From NCBI GenBank assembly GCA_031384285.1, contig JANNAJ010000264.1, forward strand, positions 1 through 35,692: a stretch of 35,692 nt of DNA, in the 5' to 3' direction. The DNA comes from Verrucomicrobiota bacterium. GTDB lineage: Bacteria; Verrucomicrobiota; Verrucomicrobiia; Limisphaerales; UBA9464. How positions within the stretch are numbered: the stretch's first letter is position 1; each line of letters opens with the position of its first letter. A model generated the notes under the pieces. That model worked only from the letters and a program-made list of their open reading frames with translations. It ran no database searches and was not told where the DNA came from. The position numbers and the translations under genes are program-made. Shown here piece by piece: positions 12,378-23,523 of the stretch.

Positions 12378-13166
12378 ATGGCCGAGATCCGCTTCCATCC
12401 CGGCGGTCTGGCCATCGAATCGCGCGGTGTCCGCGTCACCCTCGGGGACACGCAGGTGCTGCGGGGCGTCGACCTCCACGTGCCGCGCGGGAAGATCGTC
12501 GCGCTCATCGGTCCGAACGGATCCGGCAAGACCACCCTGCTCCGTTGCCTGCTCGGGCTGCAGAAGCCCGATGCCGGCGAGATCCGCCTGTTCGGCGAGC
12601 ACATCGGGCCGAAGGTCCTGAAACGGGTCGGCTACGTGCCTCAGCGGCTCCCGCTCGACCGCAGCTTCATCCTGAGCGTCCGCGAGTTCCTGGCGCTGCG
12701 CCTGCCAGGGACCGCCGGATGGTTCTGGCAGAGCCATCGCCGCACCGACGCGCTTCTCCGCGACGCCCTCGAAGGATTGGACCTCGAGGGGATCCTCGGC
12801 CGGCCGCTCTCCGGACTCAGCGGCGGACAGCTCCAGCGGGTGCTCATCGCCTCCAGCCTCCTCACGAAACCCGAGCTCTTGCTGCTCGACGAGCCGACCG
12901 CCGGCGTGGACCGCCCCGGCGAGCAGAGCTTCTACGAGCTCATCACCGAGGTGCACCGGCGCCACAAGCTCACCGTCGTGCTCGTCTCGCACGACCTGTC
13001 GATGGTCTACCGGCACGCCTCCCGAGTGTACGCGCTCAACGGGGTCATCTGCTGCGAAGGCACGCCCGAAGAGGTGATGAGCGCCGATTCGCTCAAGCAG
13101 GCCTACGGCATCCATGTGACGCCCTACCACCACGACCACGGCCCCGGGCACCACCATGTTCACTGA
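12378..13166 (+). CDS. znuC: Metal ABC transporter ATP-binding protein
   Basis: GPNGSGKT, GYVPQ, LSGGQLQR, LLLDEPT, VSHD and a His-rich C-terminal tail. Start at MAEIRF (12378). Confidence 0.92.
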   Translation: MAEIRFHPGGLAIESRGVRVTLGDTQVLRGVDLHVPRGKIVALIGPNGSGKTTLLRCLLGLQKPDAGEIRLFGEHIGPKVLKRVGYVPQRLPLDRSFILSVREFLALRLPGTAGWFWQSHRRTDALLRDALEGLDLEGILGRPLSGLSGGQLQRVLIASSLLTKPELLLLDEPTAGVDRPGEQSFYELITEVHRRHKLTVVLVSHDLSMVYRHASRVYALNGVICCEGTPEEVMSADSLKQAYGIHVTPYHHDHGPGHHHVH

Positions 13167-13983
13167 AGCCTACATGCAGCGCGCCTTGGTCACGGCCCTG
13201 CTGCTCGGGCCGCTGTGCGGGCTCATCGGCGTGTTCGTCACCGCGCGGCGCATGGCCTTCTTCAGCGACACCATCTCCCACGCGGCGCTCGCCGGCATCG
13301 CGGTCGGGTTCTGGCTCGGGTTCGCCGACCCGACGCTGCCGATGGTCGCGGTGAGCCTCGGCGTCGCCGCGCTGATGCTCTGGCTCAAGGAGAAGACCGA
13401 CCTGCTCACCGACACCATCATGGCGTTGCTGCTCAGCGGATCGGTCGCCTTCGGCATCGTGGTGATCAGCCTGCTGAAGGGCTTCCGCGGCGAGCTGCAC
13501 CGGTACCTGTTCGGGGACATCCTCAGCGTCGGTCCGCAGGAGGTCTGGCTCGCGTTCGCCGTGTCGGCGGTCGTCGCCGCGGCGGTGGCCGTGCGGCTGG
13601 ACGCGCTCACGCTGCTCACCGCCAGCGAGGACCTCGCCCATGTCTCGGGCATCCCGGTGCGACGGCTGAACTACGCCTTCGTGCTCGTCCTCACCGTCGT
13701 CGTGGCGCTGAGCATCCGGCTTCTCGGGATCATCCTCGTCACCTCGCTGCTGGTCATCCCGCCGGCGGCGGCGCGCAACATCGCCCGGAACCTCCGCCAG
13801 CAGATCGTGCTCGCGGTCGTCGCCGGCGCGCTCGGTGGCGGCGGCGGGGTCGCCCTGAGCTACCGCTTCGACCTTCCCTGCGGCCCGTCGATCGTGCTGA
13901 CCAGCGTCGCCCTGTTTCTCGCGACGCTCGCCGCCAGCCGTCTGCGGCAGGCCTCCGGCCGGGCGCTCCGCTCCGCGCCATGA
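13156..13983 (+). CDS. znuB: Metal ABC transporter permease (ABC-3)
   Basis: RRMAFFSDTISHAALAG, YLFGDIL and GIILVTSLLVIPPAAAR. Confidence 0.92.
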   Translation: MFTEAYMQRALVTALLLGPLCGLIGVFVTARRMAFFSDTISHAALAGIAVGFWLGFADPTLPMVAVSLGVAALMLWLKEKTDLLTDTIMALLLSGSVAFGIVVISLLKGFRGELHRYLFGDILSVGPQEVWLAFAVSAVVAAAVAVRLDALTLLTASEDLAHVSGIPVRRLNYAFVLVLTVVVALSIRLLGIILVTSLLVIPPAAARNIARNLRQQIVLAVVAGALGGGGGVALSYRFDLPCGPSIVLTSVALFLATLAASRLRQASGRALRSAP

Positions 13984-14468
13984 GCTCTCCCTGCTCCCGC
14001 CATCCGCATCCGCACCGGCTCATCCAGCAGCCGTTGACGGAGCTGACCGAGAAGCTGCGCAGCAAGTCGCGGAAGATCACCGCGCCGCGCCAGGCCATCC
14101 TCGAGGTGCTCCGCCGGCACCAGCATCCCATCACCAACAAGGAGATCCATGCCGCGCTCGGCACGGCCGATTGCGATCTCGCGACCGTCTACCGCAACCT
14201 GCACACGCTCGAGGACATGGGCATGGTGCGGCGCTTCGATTTCGGCGACGGCGTCGCGCGATTCGAGCTGCTCGAGGAAGGTGACGACGGGCACCATCAC
14301 CACCTCGTCTGCACCGGATGTTCCGCGGTCGTGGAGGTGGAGGGCTGTTTCCCGACCGAGCTGGAGCAGACCCTTGCCCGGCGGCACGGCTTCACCCGCG
14401 TCACCCACAAGCTCGAGTTCTTCGGCCTCTGCCCGAAGTGCGCGCCGGTCGGGCCGGCATCTCCCTGA
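13980..14468 (+). CDS. zur: Fur-family metalloregulator, probably Zur
   Basis: TAPRQAIL, ATVYRNL, HHHHLVCTGC and FFGLCPKC; ATGA overlap with znuB. Assignment as Zur rather than Fur is inferred from context. Confidence 0.8.
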   Translation: MSSPCSRHPHPHRLIQQPLTELTEKLRSKSRKITAPRQAILEVLRRHQHPITNKEIHAALGTADCDLATVYRNLHTLEDMGMVRRFDFGDGVARFELLEEGDDGHHHHLVCTGCSAVVEVEGCFPTELEQTLARRHGFTRVTHKLEFFGLCPKCAPVGPASP

Positions 14469-14478
14469 ACCCACCGCC

Positions 14479-14841
14479 ATGCGACTCGACCAATGGCTCT
14501 GGGCGGTGCGCGCCCACAAGACACGGACGCTCGCGGTCGAGGCCATCAAGGCAGGCCAGGTGGAGATCGGCGGCGTGCCGACGAAGCCCGCGCGCGAGGT
14601 CCATCCCGGAGAGATCGTCACCGTGCGGTCCGGCCCGATGATGCGGACGCTGAAGGTGCTCGGGGCACCGCCGGCCCGCGTCGGCGCGCCGCTCGTGCCC
14701 CGGTACGCCGAGGACCTGACGCCGCCTGAGGAGCACGCCAAGGCGCGCGAACAGGCCGTTCTCTCGCGATCACTGCGCCCGAAAGGCACCGGGCGTCCCA
14801 CCAAACGAGACCGCCGGGCGTTCGACCAGTTGCATCTCTGA
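14479..14841 (+). CDS. hslR: Ribosome-associated heat shock protein Hsp15 (S4 domain)
   Basis: MRLDQWLWAVRAHKTRTLA...KPAREV and a C-terminal GRPTKRDRR. Confidence 0.92.
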   Translation: MRLDQWLWAVRAHKTRTLAVEAIKAGQVEIGGVPTKPAREVHPGEIVTVRSGPMMRTLKVLGAPPARVGAPLVPRYAEDLTPPEEHAKAREQAVLSRSLRPKGTGRPTKRDRRAFDQLHL

Positions 14842-15001
14842 CGGCTTCGTGGCCAACCCCAGCAATCACCTCGTCACGTCTCTCGATCACGATCTGACGT
14901 GACGGCCGGGCGGAGTCGGGATAGGCGCAGGCGACGATGGAAGCCCGATCGCGATGGTGTCGATGGCGGGCTGCCGTCGGACCGGTCGCTCTCCGGGTTC
15001 C

Positions 15002-15345
<344 letters not shown>

Positions 15346-15366
15346 ACATTACCAGCCGGCATCACG

Positions 15367-16677
15367 TCAAGGATGGCTGCGGTAACGGCGCGGGAAAACG
15401 ACGCGGAACGTCGTGCCTGCTTCCGCCGAACTAGCGATCTCCAGGCTCGCATCCAGCAATTCACACAGGCGTTTCACGATCGAAAGCCCGATGCCTTCAC
15501 CGGGATGATGCTGGGATGATGCGGTCGGGGTGACGGGCTCTTCGGGCGATGGCAGCACCTGCGAGGTTTCCCCCTTGATGGCGGCGGACTTTTCATCGGA
15601 CTCCTTCGCGCTCGCTGTGGCTTCTTGCAAGCCGTCCACCATGGATGTGCCCGCGTCGGTCAACATTCCTGGACCTGTATCCTTGACCATCAGCCACCAA
15701 CTCTCCTTCTCCTCGCCCCAGTTCACGGTGACGCCGCCGTCCACGGTGTATTTGAGGGCGTTCACCAACAGATTCTTCGCCACGCGTCGGACTTTATCGG
15801 CGTCGCCCTCGACATCAAGATCCGCTTGCCCTTCGGCTTTTAGGAACAGCTTGCGTTCGTGCGCGAAGGGTTGATTGGCGTCGCACAGTTCCGTGATCAA
15901 TGCGCCGGCGTCGAATGCCGCGATCTCCCGATTTTCTTGGCCAGCTTCCAAGCGCGCCAGGTCCATCAATTCAGCCAGCATCGTGGTCAGACCTTGGGTG
16001 GCCCGCTGCAGGAACTTCGTCGCTTCCACCCGGTCGGCTTCGTCCATACCAGTCCGGCCGACCATCGTTGCCGCCATGCTGACGCCGAGAACGTCGCTGT
16101 TCAGATCGTGGACCGCCTGATGGATGAGCGCGGCGCGGCGCTGCTCGAGTTCATCCACCGTCGCCATGGCGCTCGTCAAGTCGACCACCCGGCTGGCGGC
16201 TTCCGCCTGCTGCATGCGCTCGTATTGGGCGGCGCTCTCGCCGATGGTGTCATTGATCAGGTGGAGCAGCTGGCGATGCGCCTCCAGCAACACCGCCGGC
16301 TCCAGTTCCGGATGCGCGGCGACGATGCTGCCCAGCTCTTCAAACACGCAGAGCTGGAGATGCCCGCATTCGCTGATGAGTTCCTTCAACCGGTAGCCCT
16401 GCTGCCAGCGATGCAACCCGTGCTTGATCCCTTCTTGCTTTTTTTCAACCTCGGCCGTCCGGGCGTCCACTCCGCCCGGACGGGAGCGCAGTCTGAGTCC
16501 ATAGGCGTCGAGGATGGCGGGAACGTGATCGAGGAACTGCCCGATCGTGAGCGCGCGCCCGGTCATCTGTTCCGGGTCGGCGCGATCCAGCTTGCGCCAA
16601 GTCGAAAGGATGGCTTCCCGCCGCGCCGCAAGGAGATCACTCAAAGCCACCAACTGCTGGCTCGGTGTCAGAGGCAT
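15367..16677 (-). CDS. Cytoplasmic sensor histidine kinase (RsbRD_N-like + HisKA + HATPase_c)
   Basis: N-terminal LLAARREAILSTW...HGLHRWQQGY (RsbRD_N-like); H-box AVHDL, N-box NLLVNALKYT, G1 VKDTGPG and G2 GEGIGLSIV; no transmembrane segment; more A/T-ending codons than neighbouring genes. Confidence 0.88.
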   Translation of the reverse strand: MPLTPSQQLVALSDLLAARREAILSTWRKLDRADPEQMTGRALTIGQFLDHVPAILDAYGLRLRSRPGGVDARTAEVEKKQEGIKHGLHRWQQGYRLKELISECGHLQLCVFEELGSIVAAHPELEPAVLLEAHRQLLHLINDTIGESAAQYERMQQAEAASRVVDLTSAMATVDELEQRRAALIHQAVHDLNSDVLGVSMAATMVGRTGMDEADRVEATKFLQRATQGLTTMLAELMDLARLEAGQENREIAAFDAGALITELCDANQPFAHERKLFLKAEGQADLDVEGDADKVRRVAKNLLVNALKYTVDGGVTVNWGEEKESWWLMVKDTGPGMLTDAGTSMVDGLQEATASAKESDEKSAAIKGETSQVLPSPEEPVTPTASSQHHPGEGIGLSIVKRLCELLDASLEIASSAEAGTTFRVVFPRRYRSHP

Positions 16678-16678
16678 C

Positions 16679-18184
<1,506 letters not shown>

Positions 18185-18434
18185 CGGATGGACCTTCGTT
18201 AAACGGGCCAGATGGAACAGGGCGGCGAAGGGGAAGGCGAAGGAAAAATCCGTCACATCGCGCGGCACGACGTCCGGCAAAACGAGCGCGGAGTCCGAAA
18301 CGGCGGAAAGATGGTGCTCTCGGGCCTGCTCGTCGGCCTGTCCGTGATTGTGTCCTAGGTGTCCGCCGCTTCCGACCGCACCCGGTCCCGCCGGGCGCAT
18401 TGACCCGGAGTCCGGCGCTTGCACATCCTCCGAC

Positions 18435-20072
18435 ATGTCCGCGGCCCCGCTTGAAACGACCTCCCTTGCGCCTCAGACCGCATCGGTGCCGGCCGCGCGC
18501 TGGGACTGGCCGTTCTTGGCGCTGCTCGCGGCGCTCTGGACGTGGGCGATCGGCATCGATGCACCGTTCTGGCAGACCAATCCGGACTACTCGTACGGCT
18601 TCATCGTGCCGGTCCTGATGGTCTTCTACCTCTGGAAGCGGCTCGGCCAAACAGACCCGCCGGCATGGCAGGTCGCCACAGGCGGACCGGTTGGCCGACG
18701 TGGGTTGAACCCTTGGCTGTTGGCGGTCCCGGCGCTCGGGTTGTTCCCGCTCGAGGTCTACCGCATCGAATACTTCCAGTCCGGTGTCGTGCTCTGGGTG
18801 ATCAACCTCGCGACGGTCGGCTTCACCTTGGCCGGGGCGTGGTGGTTGGGCGGACGCCGGCTCCTCGCGACGGTGGCGTTCCCGGTCCTGTTCTTCCTCA
18901 CCGCGGTCCCGTGGCCCGCGAAGATCGCCACGCCGGTGCAACAGGCCTTGATGACGAACGTCGCGCAGGTCGTGTCGGAGATGCTCCTGTGGCTCGGCGT
19001 GCCGGTGCAGCTCGAAGGCGCGGTGCTGCATCTCACCAAAGGACCGGTCGGCATCGTCGAAGCATGCAGCGGCATCCGGTCGCTCCAATCGGGCCTCATG
19101 GTGAGCCTGGCCGTCGGCGAGCTCCTGTGGCTGACGCGGCGGCGGCGGATCGGGCTGGTCGCCTTCGCGGTGCTGCTGGCCCTGACCAGCAACCTCGTCC
19201 GGACCTTCACGCTCTGCTGGATCATGGAGAAGGGCGGCGGCGACGCGATGCACAAGGCCCACGACATGGTGGGCAACATCGCGATGTATTCGCTCTACGC
19301 GCTCATCTACGGCGTCGGGAAACTGCTCGAGCCGCGCGGCGGCGCCCCTTGGCCGGAAGGCTCGGGAGGGCCGTGGAAGGCGCGCCTCGCCGGGCTGCGC
19401 TGGACCGCGGTGCCGGAGCTGCGGCCGCTCCTCGCCGCCAGCGCGCTGATGTTCGCCGTCGTGCACGGTTGGTACCACGTGTTGACCCTCCAGGTGAAAC
19501 CGCAGACGACGCCCTACTTCACCGCCAAGATCGACAAGACCGCGGGCACGGAGAAGCAACCGTTCGACGAGCAGGTCTGGGGACGTCTCGGCGCCACCGA
19601 AGGCGAGCAGGTGCGGCACCGGACCTCGACGGCACCGGCGGGTTTCGTGGACGCCTACCACCTCTTCTGGCGGCCGTCGCCGATGAGCAAGACCGCGCTG
19701 CACCACCGGCCGGACATCTGCATGCCGGGCTCCGGTTGGAAGCAGGTCGGCGACGTCGAGACCGTCGAGGCCTCGCTCGATGGACGCCCTTTGCGGTGGC
19801 TGCTCTTCCGCTTCGAGAAGAGCGACCTGAAGGCGCTCCAACTCTGGGGCGTCTGGCGCAACGGCGAGCCGGTGGAGATGGATTATTCCGCCCGTATCTC
19901 CGTCCTGCCGGAGAAATACCATCCCTTCCCCAGCGCCCGCCATCTGATGGGCGTCGAGCTGGTATCGGTCTTCCTGCCCTACCGCGGCGACGCGGCCCCG
20001 AAGACATCGACCCTCACCGCGATGCTCCCGCAGCTCTTCACCTATCGCCCGCCCGAGACGCCGGCGAAGTGA
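18435..20072 (+). CDS. Exosortase/archaeosortase family protein fused to a C-terminal EpsI-like domain
   Basis: [10 protein letters not shown], catalytic triad candidates [11 protein letters not shown] (Cys), NLVR (Arg) and AHD (His), multiple TM helices, and an EpsI-like [12 protein letters not shown]. Start taken at the ATG at 18435. Confidence 0.88.
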   Translation: MSAAPLETTSLAPQTASVPAARWDWPFLALLAALWTWAIGIDAPFWQTNPDYSYGFIVPVLMVFYLWKRLGQTDPPAWQVATGGPVGRRGLNPWLLAVPALGLFPLEVYRIEYFQSGVVLWVINLATVGFTLAGAWWLGGRRLLATVAFPVLFFLTAVPWPAKIATPVQQALMTNVAQVVSEMLLWLGVPVQLEGAVLHLTKGPVGIVEACSGIRSLQSGLMVSLAVGELLWLTRRRRIGLVAFAVLLALTSNLVRTFTLCWIMEKGGGDAMHKAHDMVGNIAMYSLYALIYGVGKLLEPRGGAPWPEGSGGPWKARLAGLRWTAVPELRPLLAASALMFAVVHGWYHVLTLQVKPQTTPYFTAKIDKTAGTEKQPFDEQVWGRLGATEGEQVRHRTSTAPAGFVDAYHLFWRPSPMSKTALHHRPDICMPGSGWKQVGDVETVEASLDGRPLRWLLFRFEKSDLKALQLWGVWRNGEPVEMDYSARISVLPEKYHPFPSARHLMGVELVSVFLPYRGDAAPKTSTLTAMLPQLFTYRPPETPAK

Positions 20073-20082
20073 CCCCCCGGCT

Positions 20083-21831
20083 ATGTCGAAGACACCGGAC
20101 ACGGATCCTCCGAGACCGGGCGTCGTGCGGGTCGGTGGTTGGCGGAGGAATCCGGACCGGGTCCGGGACGCCGTGCTCAGATGGGGCGGCGCGCTGTTGC
20201 TCCTCGCGGTCGCTGCGATCGTCGCCTACAAAGCGGTCTATCCGGTCGTCAAGGTCAGGCGCGGACGCGACCATGCGCTGGACGTCGAGCGGCTCCTTCG
20301 CCGGGGCGAACTCAAGAAGGCATCGGTCCGGCTCAAGTTGGCGCTCCATTTCGCACCGGAGGACCCTGGAGTGCTCCGCACAGCCGCCCGCTACTGTTCC
20401 ATCCTGCGCCTGCCCCAAGGCCTGACCTACCACGAGATGCTGCTCGGCACCGGCCAAGCGACCGATGCCGACCGCCGCGGCTATGTCGAGTTGGCGGTGG
20501 ACCTGGGGCGCGTCGACCTCGCCGCACGGCAACTGCGAGCGCTGCTGCAGGAGAACCCGAAGGACATCGGCTTGCTCCACCTGCTGGTCCGCCAACAGCG
20601 CGCCGCCCGCGATCTGGCTTCCGCGACAAGGACCGCGCGTTTCGCCCTGTCGCTCCGCCCCGAGGAGGAGCGCAGCCAACTCATCCTCGGACGGCTGCTC
20701 ATGGACAGGCGCGACTCCCCTGCGCTCCGCTCCGAAGGACGCCGCCTGCTCTGGGGCCTCGCGGTCGGAAACGGCCCCGGCCACGACGATGCCGCCGACC
20801 TGCTCATCGGTGATGCGGACCTGTCGCCAAGCGAGCGCGAGCTGCTCGCAAGATCCGTCGCCGCCCGGCCCGGCAACGGGCTGCGCGACCAACTGCTCGT
20901 CGCTGGACTCCGCCTGCCGGCCGAACCCGGTCGCAGCAACGCCGTGGTCGCCGAGACGATCCGCTCGCTCTGGCCGCGGGCGGACGCGGAAACGCTGCCC
21001 GTCATCGGCGATTGGGCCAGCCGCCACGGCGGCTCGGACGTCCTGTTGGATCTGATACCCGTCGACGGCGCCCACACCAACCGGATGTGGGCGCCGATGC
21101 GTGCGCTGGCGCTCGCCGATGCGCGGCGATGGGACGAGCTCGCGAAGGTGCTCAACGAGGCCGCCGGCCCGCTCGGCTCGTTCGTCTCGACCAGCCTCAA
21201 GGGACGCCTAGCCTTGTCGCGCGACCGCCGCGCCGAGGCCGAAGGACATCTCCTCGCGGCCATCGAGCTGCCCGGCCTGTCGGTCAGCCAGTGCCGTTTC
21301 ATCGCGAGCGAATCGGAGCGCGCCGGCTTCACCCGCCTCGCCATCCGGGCCTGGCAGCGGATCGAGACGGACCCCGAGGAATCGGTCGGTGCCTGCCTGC
21401 AGGTGCTGCGGCTCGCGCGCCCGTTGGACGACACGCCGCTGGTGTTCGACACCGTCAAACGTCTGAACGACTACATCCCGGGCGACGACCAGGTGGCAGG
21501 CGAGCGTGCCTGGTTCGAGCTGTTGCTCAAGCAAGGCACCGACCACGGCAAGGACACCGCGGCGATGCTGGCGAAGAAGTACCCGGCAGAACCGCGCTGG
21601 CGTTATCTCGCCGCCTTGGCAGAGCTGCGCGCAGGACGGCCGGAGCCGGCGCTTGCGATGGTCGAGGCGGACCTCGGCCGCTGGACCGAACTGGAGCCCC
21701 GGTGGCAGCTGGTCGGCGTTCTCGCGCTGGCGGAGAACCAGCAACGCGAGGCCGCGCGCGGTCTGGCCCGGCGCATCGACCCGAGGAAACTCCGGTCCGC
21801 CGAGCTCCAGCTGCTCACGCCTTGGCTGTGA
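20083..21831 (+). CDS. Membrane-anchored all-helical (TPR-like) protein
   Basis: One N-terminal TM segment (WGGALLLLAVAAIVAY) and repeated helical motifs (ALHFAPED, LLQENPKD, ALSLRPEE, LAKKYPAE); starts 10 nt after the exosortase stop. Confidence 0.65.
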   Translation: MSKTPDTDPPRPGVVRVGGWRRNPDRVRDAVLRWGGALLLLAVAAIVAYKAVYPVVKVRRGRDHALDVERLLRRGELKKASVRLKLALHFAPEDPGVLRTAARYCSILRLPQGLTYHEMLLGTGQATDADRRGYVELAVDLGRVDLAARQLRALLQENPKDIGLLHLLVRQQRAARDLASATRTARFALSLRPEEERSQLILGRLLMDRRDSPALRSEGRRLLWGLAVGNGPGHDDAADLLIGDADLSPSERELLARSVAARPGNGLRDQLLVAGLRLPAEPGRSNAVVAETIRSLWPRADAETLPVIGDWASRHGGSDVLLDLIPVDGAHTNRMWAPMRALALADARRWDELAKVLNEAAGPLGSFVSTSLKGRLALSRDRRAEAEGHLLAAIELPGLSVSQCRFIASESERAGFTRLAIRAWQRIETDPEESVGACLQVLRLARPLDDTPLVFDTVKRLNDYIPGDDQVAGERAWFELLLKQGTDHGKDTAAMLAKKYPAEPRWRYLAALAELRAGRPEPALAMVEADLGRWTELEPRWQLVGVLALAENQQREAARGLARRIDPRKLRSAELQLLTPWL

Positions 21832-21846
21832 AAAGGTCGCGGCGGA

Positions 21847-23523
21847 TCACCGCGAGCGGAGCAGATGGTAGGTGTGGCAAGTGGTGCATTCCGAGCGGGC
21901 GCTTCCGCCCGGCTTGTGGCAATCGGCGCACGAGGCCTGCGATGGCAGATTGATGTCGGAAGTCGTGCGGCTCTCACGGACGGCGTGGCATCCGTCGCAG
22001 CTCATCTGGCCGTGCTTCTCGTGGGTGAAACGTCCGCCCAGGAGCCAACGGTCCGGGATCACCGGGCGCGTCACCTTCGCGAAGGAGCCGGGGTCGGGAC
22101 GGACCTCGTGGCAGTAGGCGCAACCGGCGTAGTGGGCCCGCCGTTCGGCGCTGATCCCGGGCTGGGCCTGCCGCGGATCCCCGGTGAAGAGCACCAGCTT
22201 CTCCAGCGATTCACCGCCGCCGAAGGTCTGCCGCATCCGCGTGACGTTCTGCTGTGCGAACGCATCGACCTCGTCCCGGCGGGGCGGACTTCCCGCCGCG
22301 ACCAGCTCCTTCGTCTTGATCTCGGCGTAGAGCAACGGCAGTCCGCGCAGCTTCGCCCGGACGGCTGCGACCTCACCATGCGGGAGCTTGAGCTCCGGAT
22401 GCACTGGATCGAACTGCAGGTCGTGGCACGCCGCGCAATGCTGGTCGTAGCGGATCCGCGCCATGTAGGATCCCGTGGCGTCCGGCACGTGGCAATCGAC
22501 GCACCCGAGCGGATTCCCGCCCAAGCGGACGGTCTCGCCGAGATGCAGGGCGTGGTTGAACCTCAAGGTGTCCGGGTCCTTCAGGCCGCCCGCGCGAACG
22601 CCGAAATCCGGGTGCCCTTGCCCGAACGACGCGATCAAGTTCGTGCGACCGCCCGGCGGGCGCGGGGTCCGGAAAGCGATCAAGCCCGCTTGGACCGGCG
22701 GGTCGAACCGTTCGGACCCGATGCCCAGACCTTTGGCGGACGACTGCTGCATCACGTCCGCATGGTCATGGCAACGTGCGCACTGCACATCTTCCGGCGC
22801 GGCCATCGCGAGCCCTTGGTGCTCGACGTGACAGACCGAGCACGAGTGACCTTGGACCACGTTGGGCTGATGGAACTCATGCTGGTCGTGGCAGACGGCG
22901 CACGATTGTCGGTCCATGGCGCTCATCGGGACCACCCCGGCCGGGAGCTTCGCGAACTGGTCCTTCCCGAAGGGCGCAGGATGCGAGCGCAACGCCATCT
23001 GGGCCCAGGAAGCGACGCCCGAAGCGGCCGCACGATGGCAGGCGGCACAACTGTTCGGCGCATCGAGGCGTTCTTTGGCAACGCGGGCGAAGGAATCACC
23101 TTGGTGGGGCTTCGACACGGTCCGGGGCGAGAGGATCCTCCAACGCCATCCGCTTCCGAGCCCGATGAGCAAGCACGCGAAGGTCACCGCGACGACCGCA
23201 AGGGTGGTCCGGCCGCGGAGATTCCTGAGGGTCCGCTGCGGTGCGCAGACCACGGCCGGGCATCCGCACGAACCATCGGGCCGAGGTCCGTCGACGCACG
23301 GCCCGCCGTGTTCCTTGGCCCGGGTGCATCGCCATGCGCCCTTCTCTTCGCCCTGAAGTTTGTCCAGGACGGGTCGGCAATCAGCGGTCGCGCGGCAGGC
23401 ACCGCCCGCGGTCGGCCCCATGCGGCACGGTTTCCCGTCGCAAGCATGACCGCAGACCCACGCATCGGACGGCCGTTCATAGCGCGCAGGATCGGATCCT
23501 GGAGATGGCAGATTGTCGGTCAT
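21847..23523 (-). CDS. Membrane-anchored decaheme cytochrome c with an N-terminal Cys-rich tandem repeat
   Basis: Ten CxxCH motifs (CAACH, CAVCH, CSVCH, CARCH, CVDCH, CAACH, CAYCH, CDGCH, CADCH, CTTCH); FNHALH and FTHEKH as c3/c7-like distal His motifs; TM segment TTLAVVAVTFACLLIGLG. The start at 23523 (MTDNL) overlaps the upstream stop (TGATG). Confidence 0.88.
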   Translation of the reverse strand: MTDNLPSPGSDPARYERPSDAWVCGHACDGKPCRMGPTAGGACRATADCRPVLDKLQGEEKGAWRCTRAKEHGGPCVDGPRPDGSCGCPAVVCAPQRTLRNLRGRTTLAVVAVTFACLLIGLGSGWRWRILSPRTVSKPHQGDSFARVAKERLDAPNSCAACHRAAASGVASWAQMALRSHPAPFGKDQFAKLPAGVVPMSAMDRQSCAVCHDQHEFHQPNVVQGHSCSVCHVEHQGLAMAAPEDVQCARCHDHADVMQQSSAKGLGIGSERFDPPVQAGLIAFRTPRPPGGRTNLIASFGQGHPDFGVRAGGLKDPDTLRFNHALHLGETVRLGGNPLGCVDCHVPDATGSYMARIRYDQHCAACHDLQFDPVHPELKLPHGEVAAVRAKLRGLPLLYAEIKTKELVAAGSPPRRDEVDAFAQQNVTRMRQTFGGGESLEKLVLFTGDPRQAQPGISAERRAHYAGCAYCHEVRPDPGSFAKVTRPVIPDRWLLGGRFTHEKHGQMSCDGCHAVRESRTTSDINLPSQASCADCHKPGGSARSECTTCHTYHLLRSR

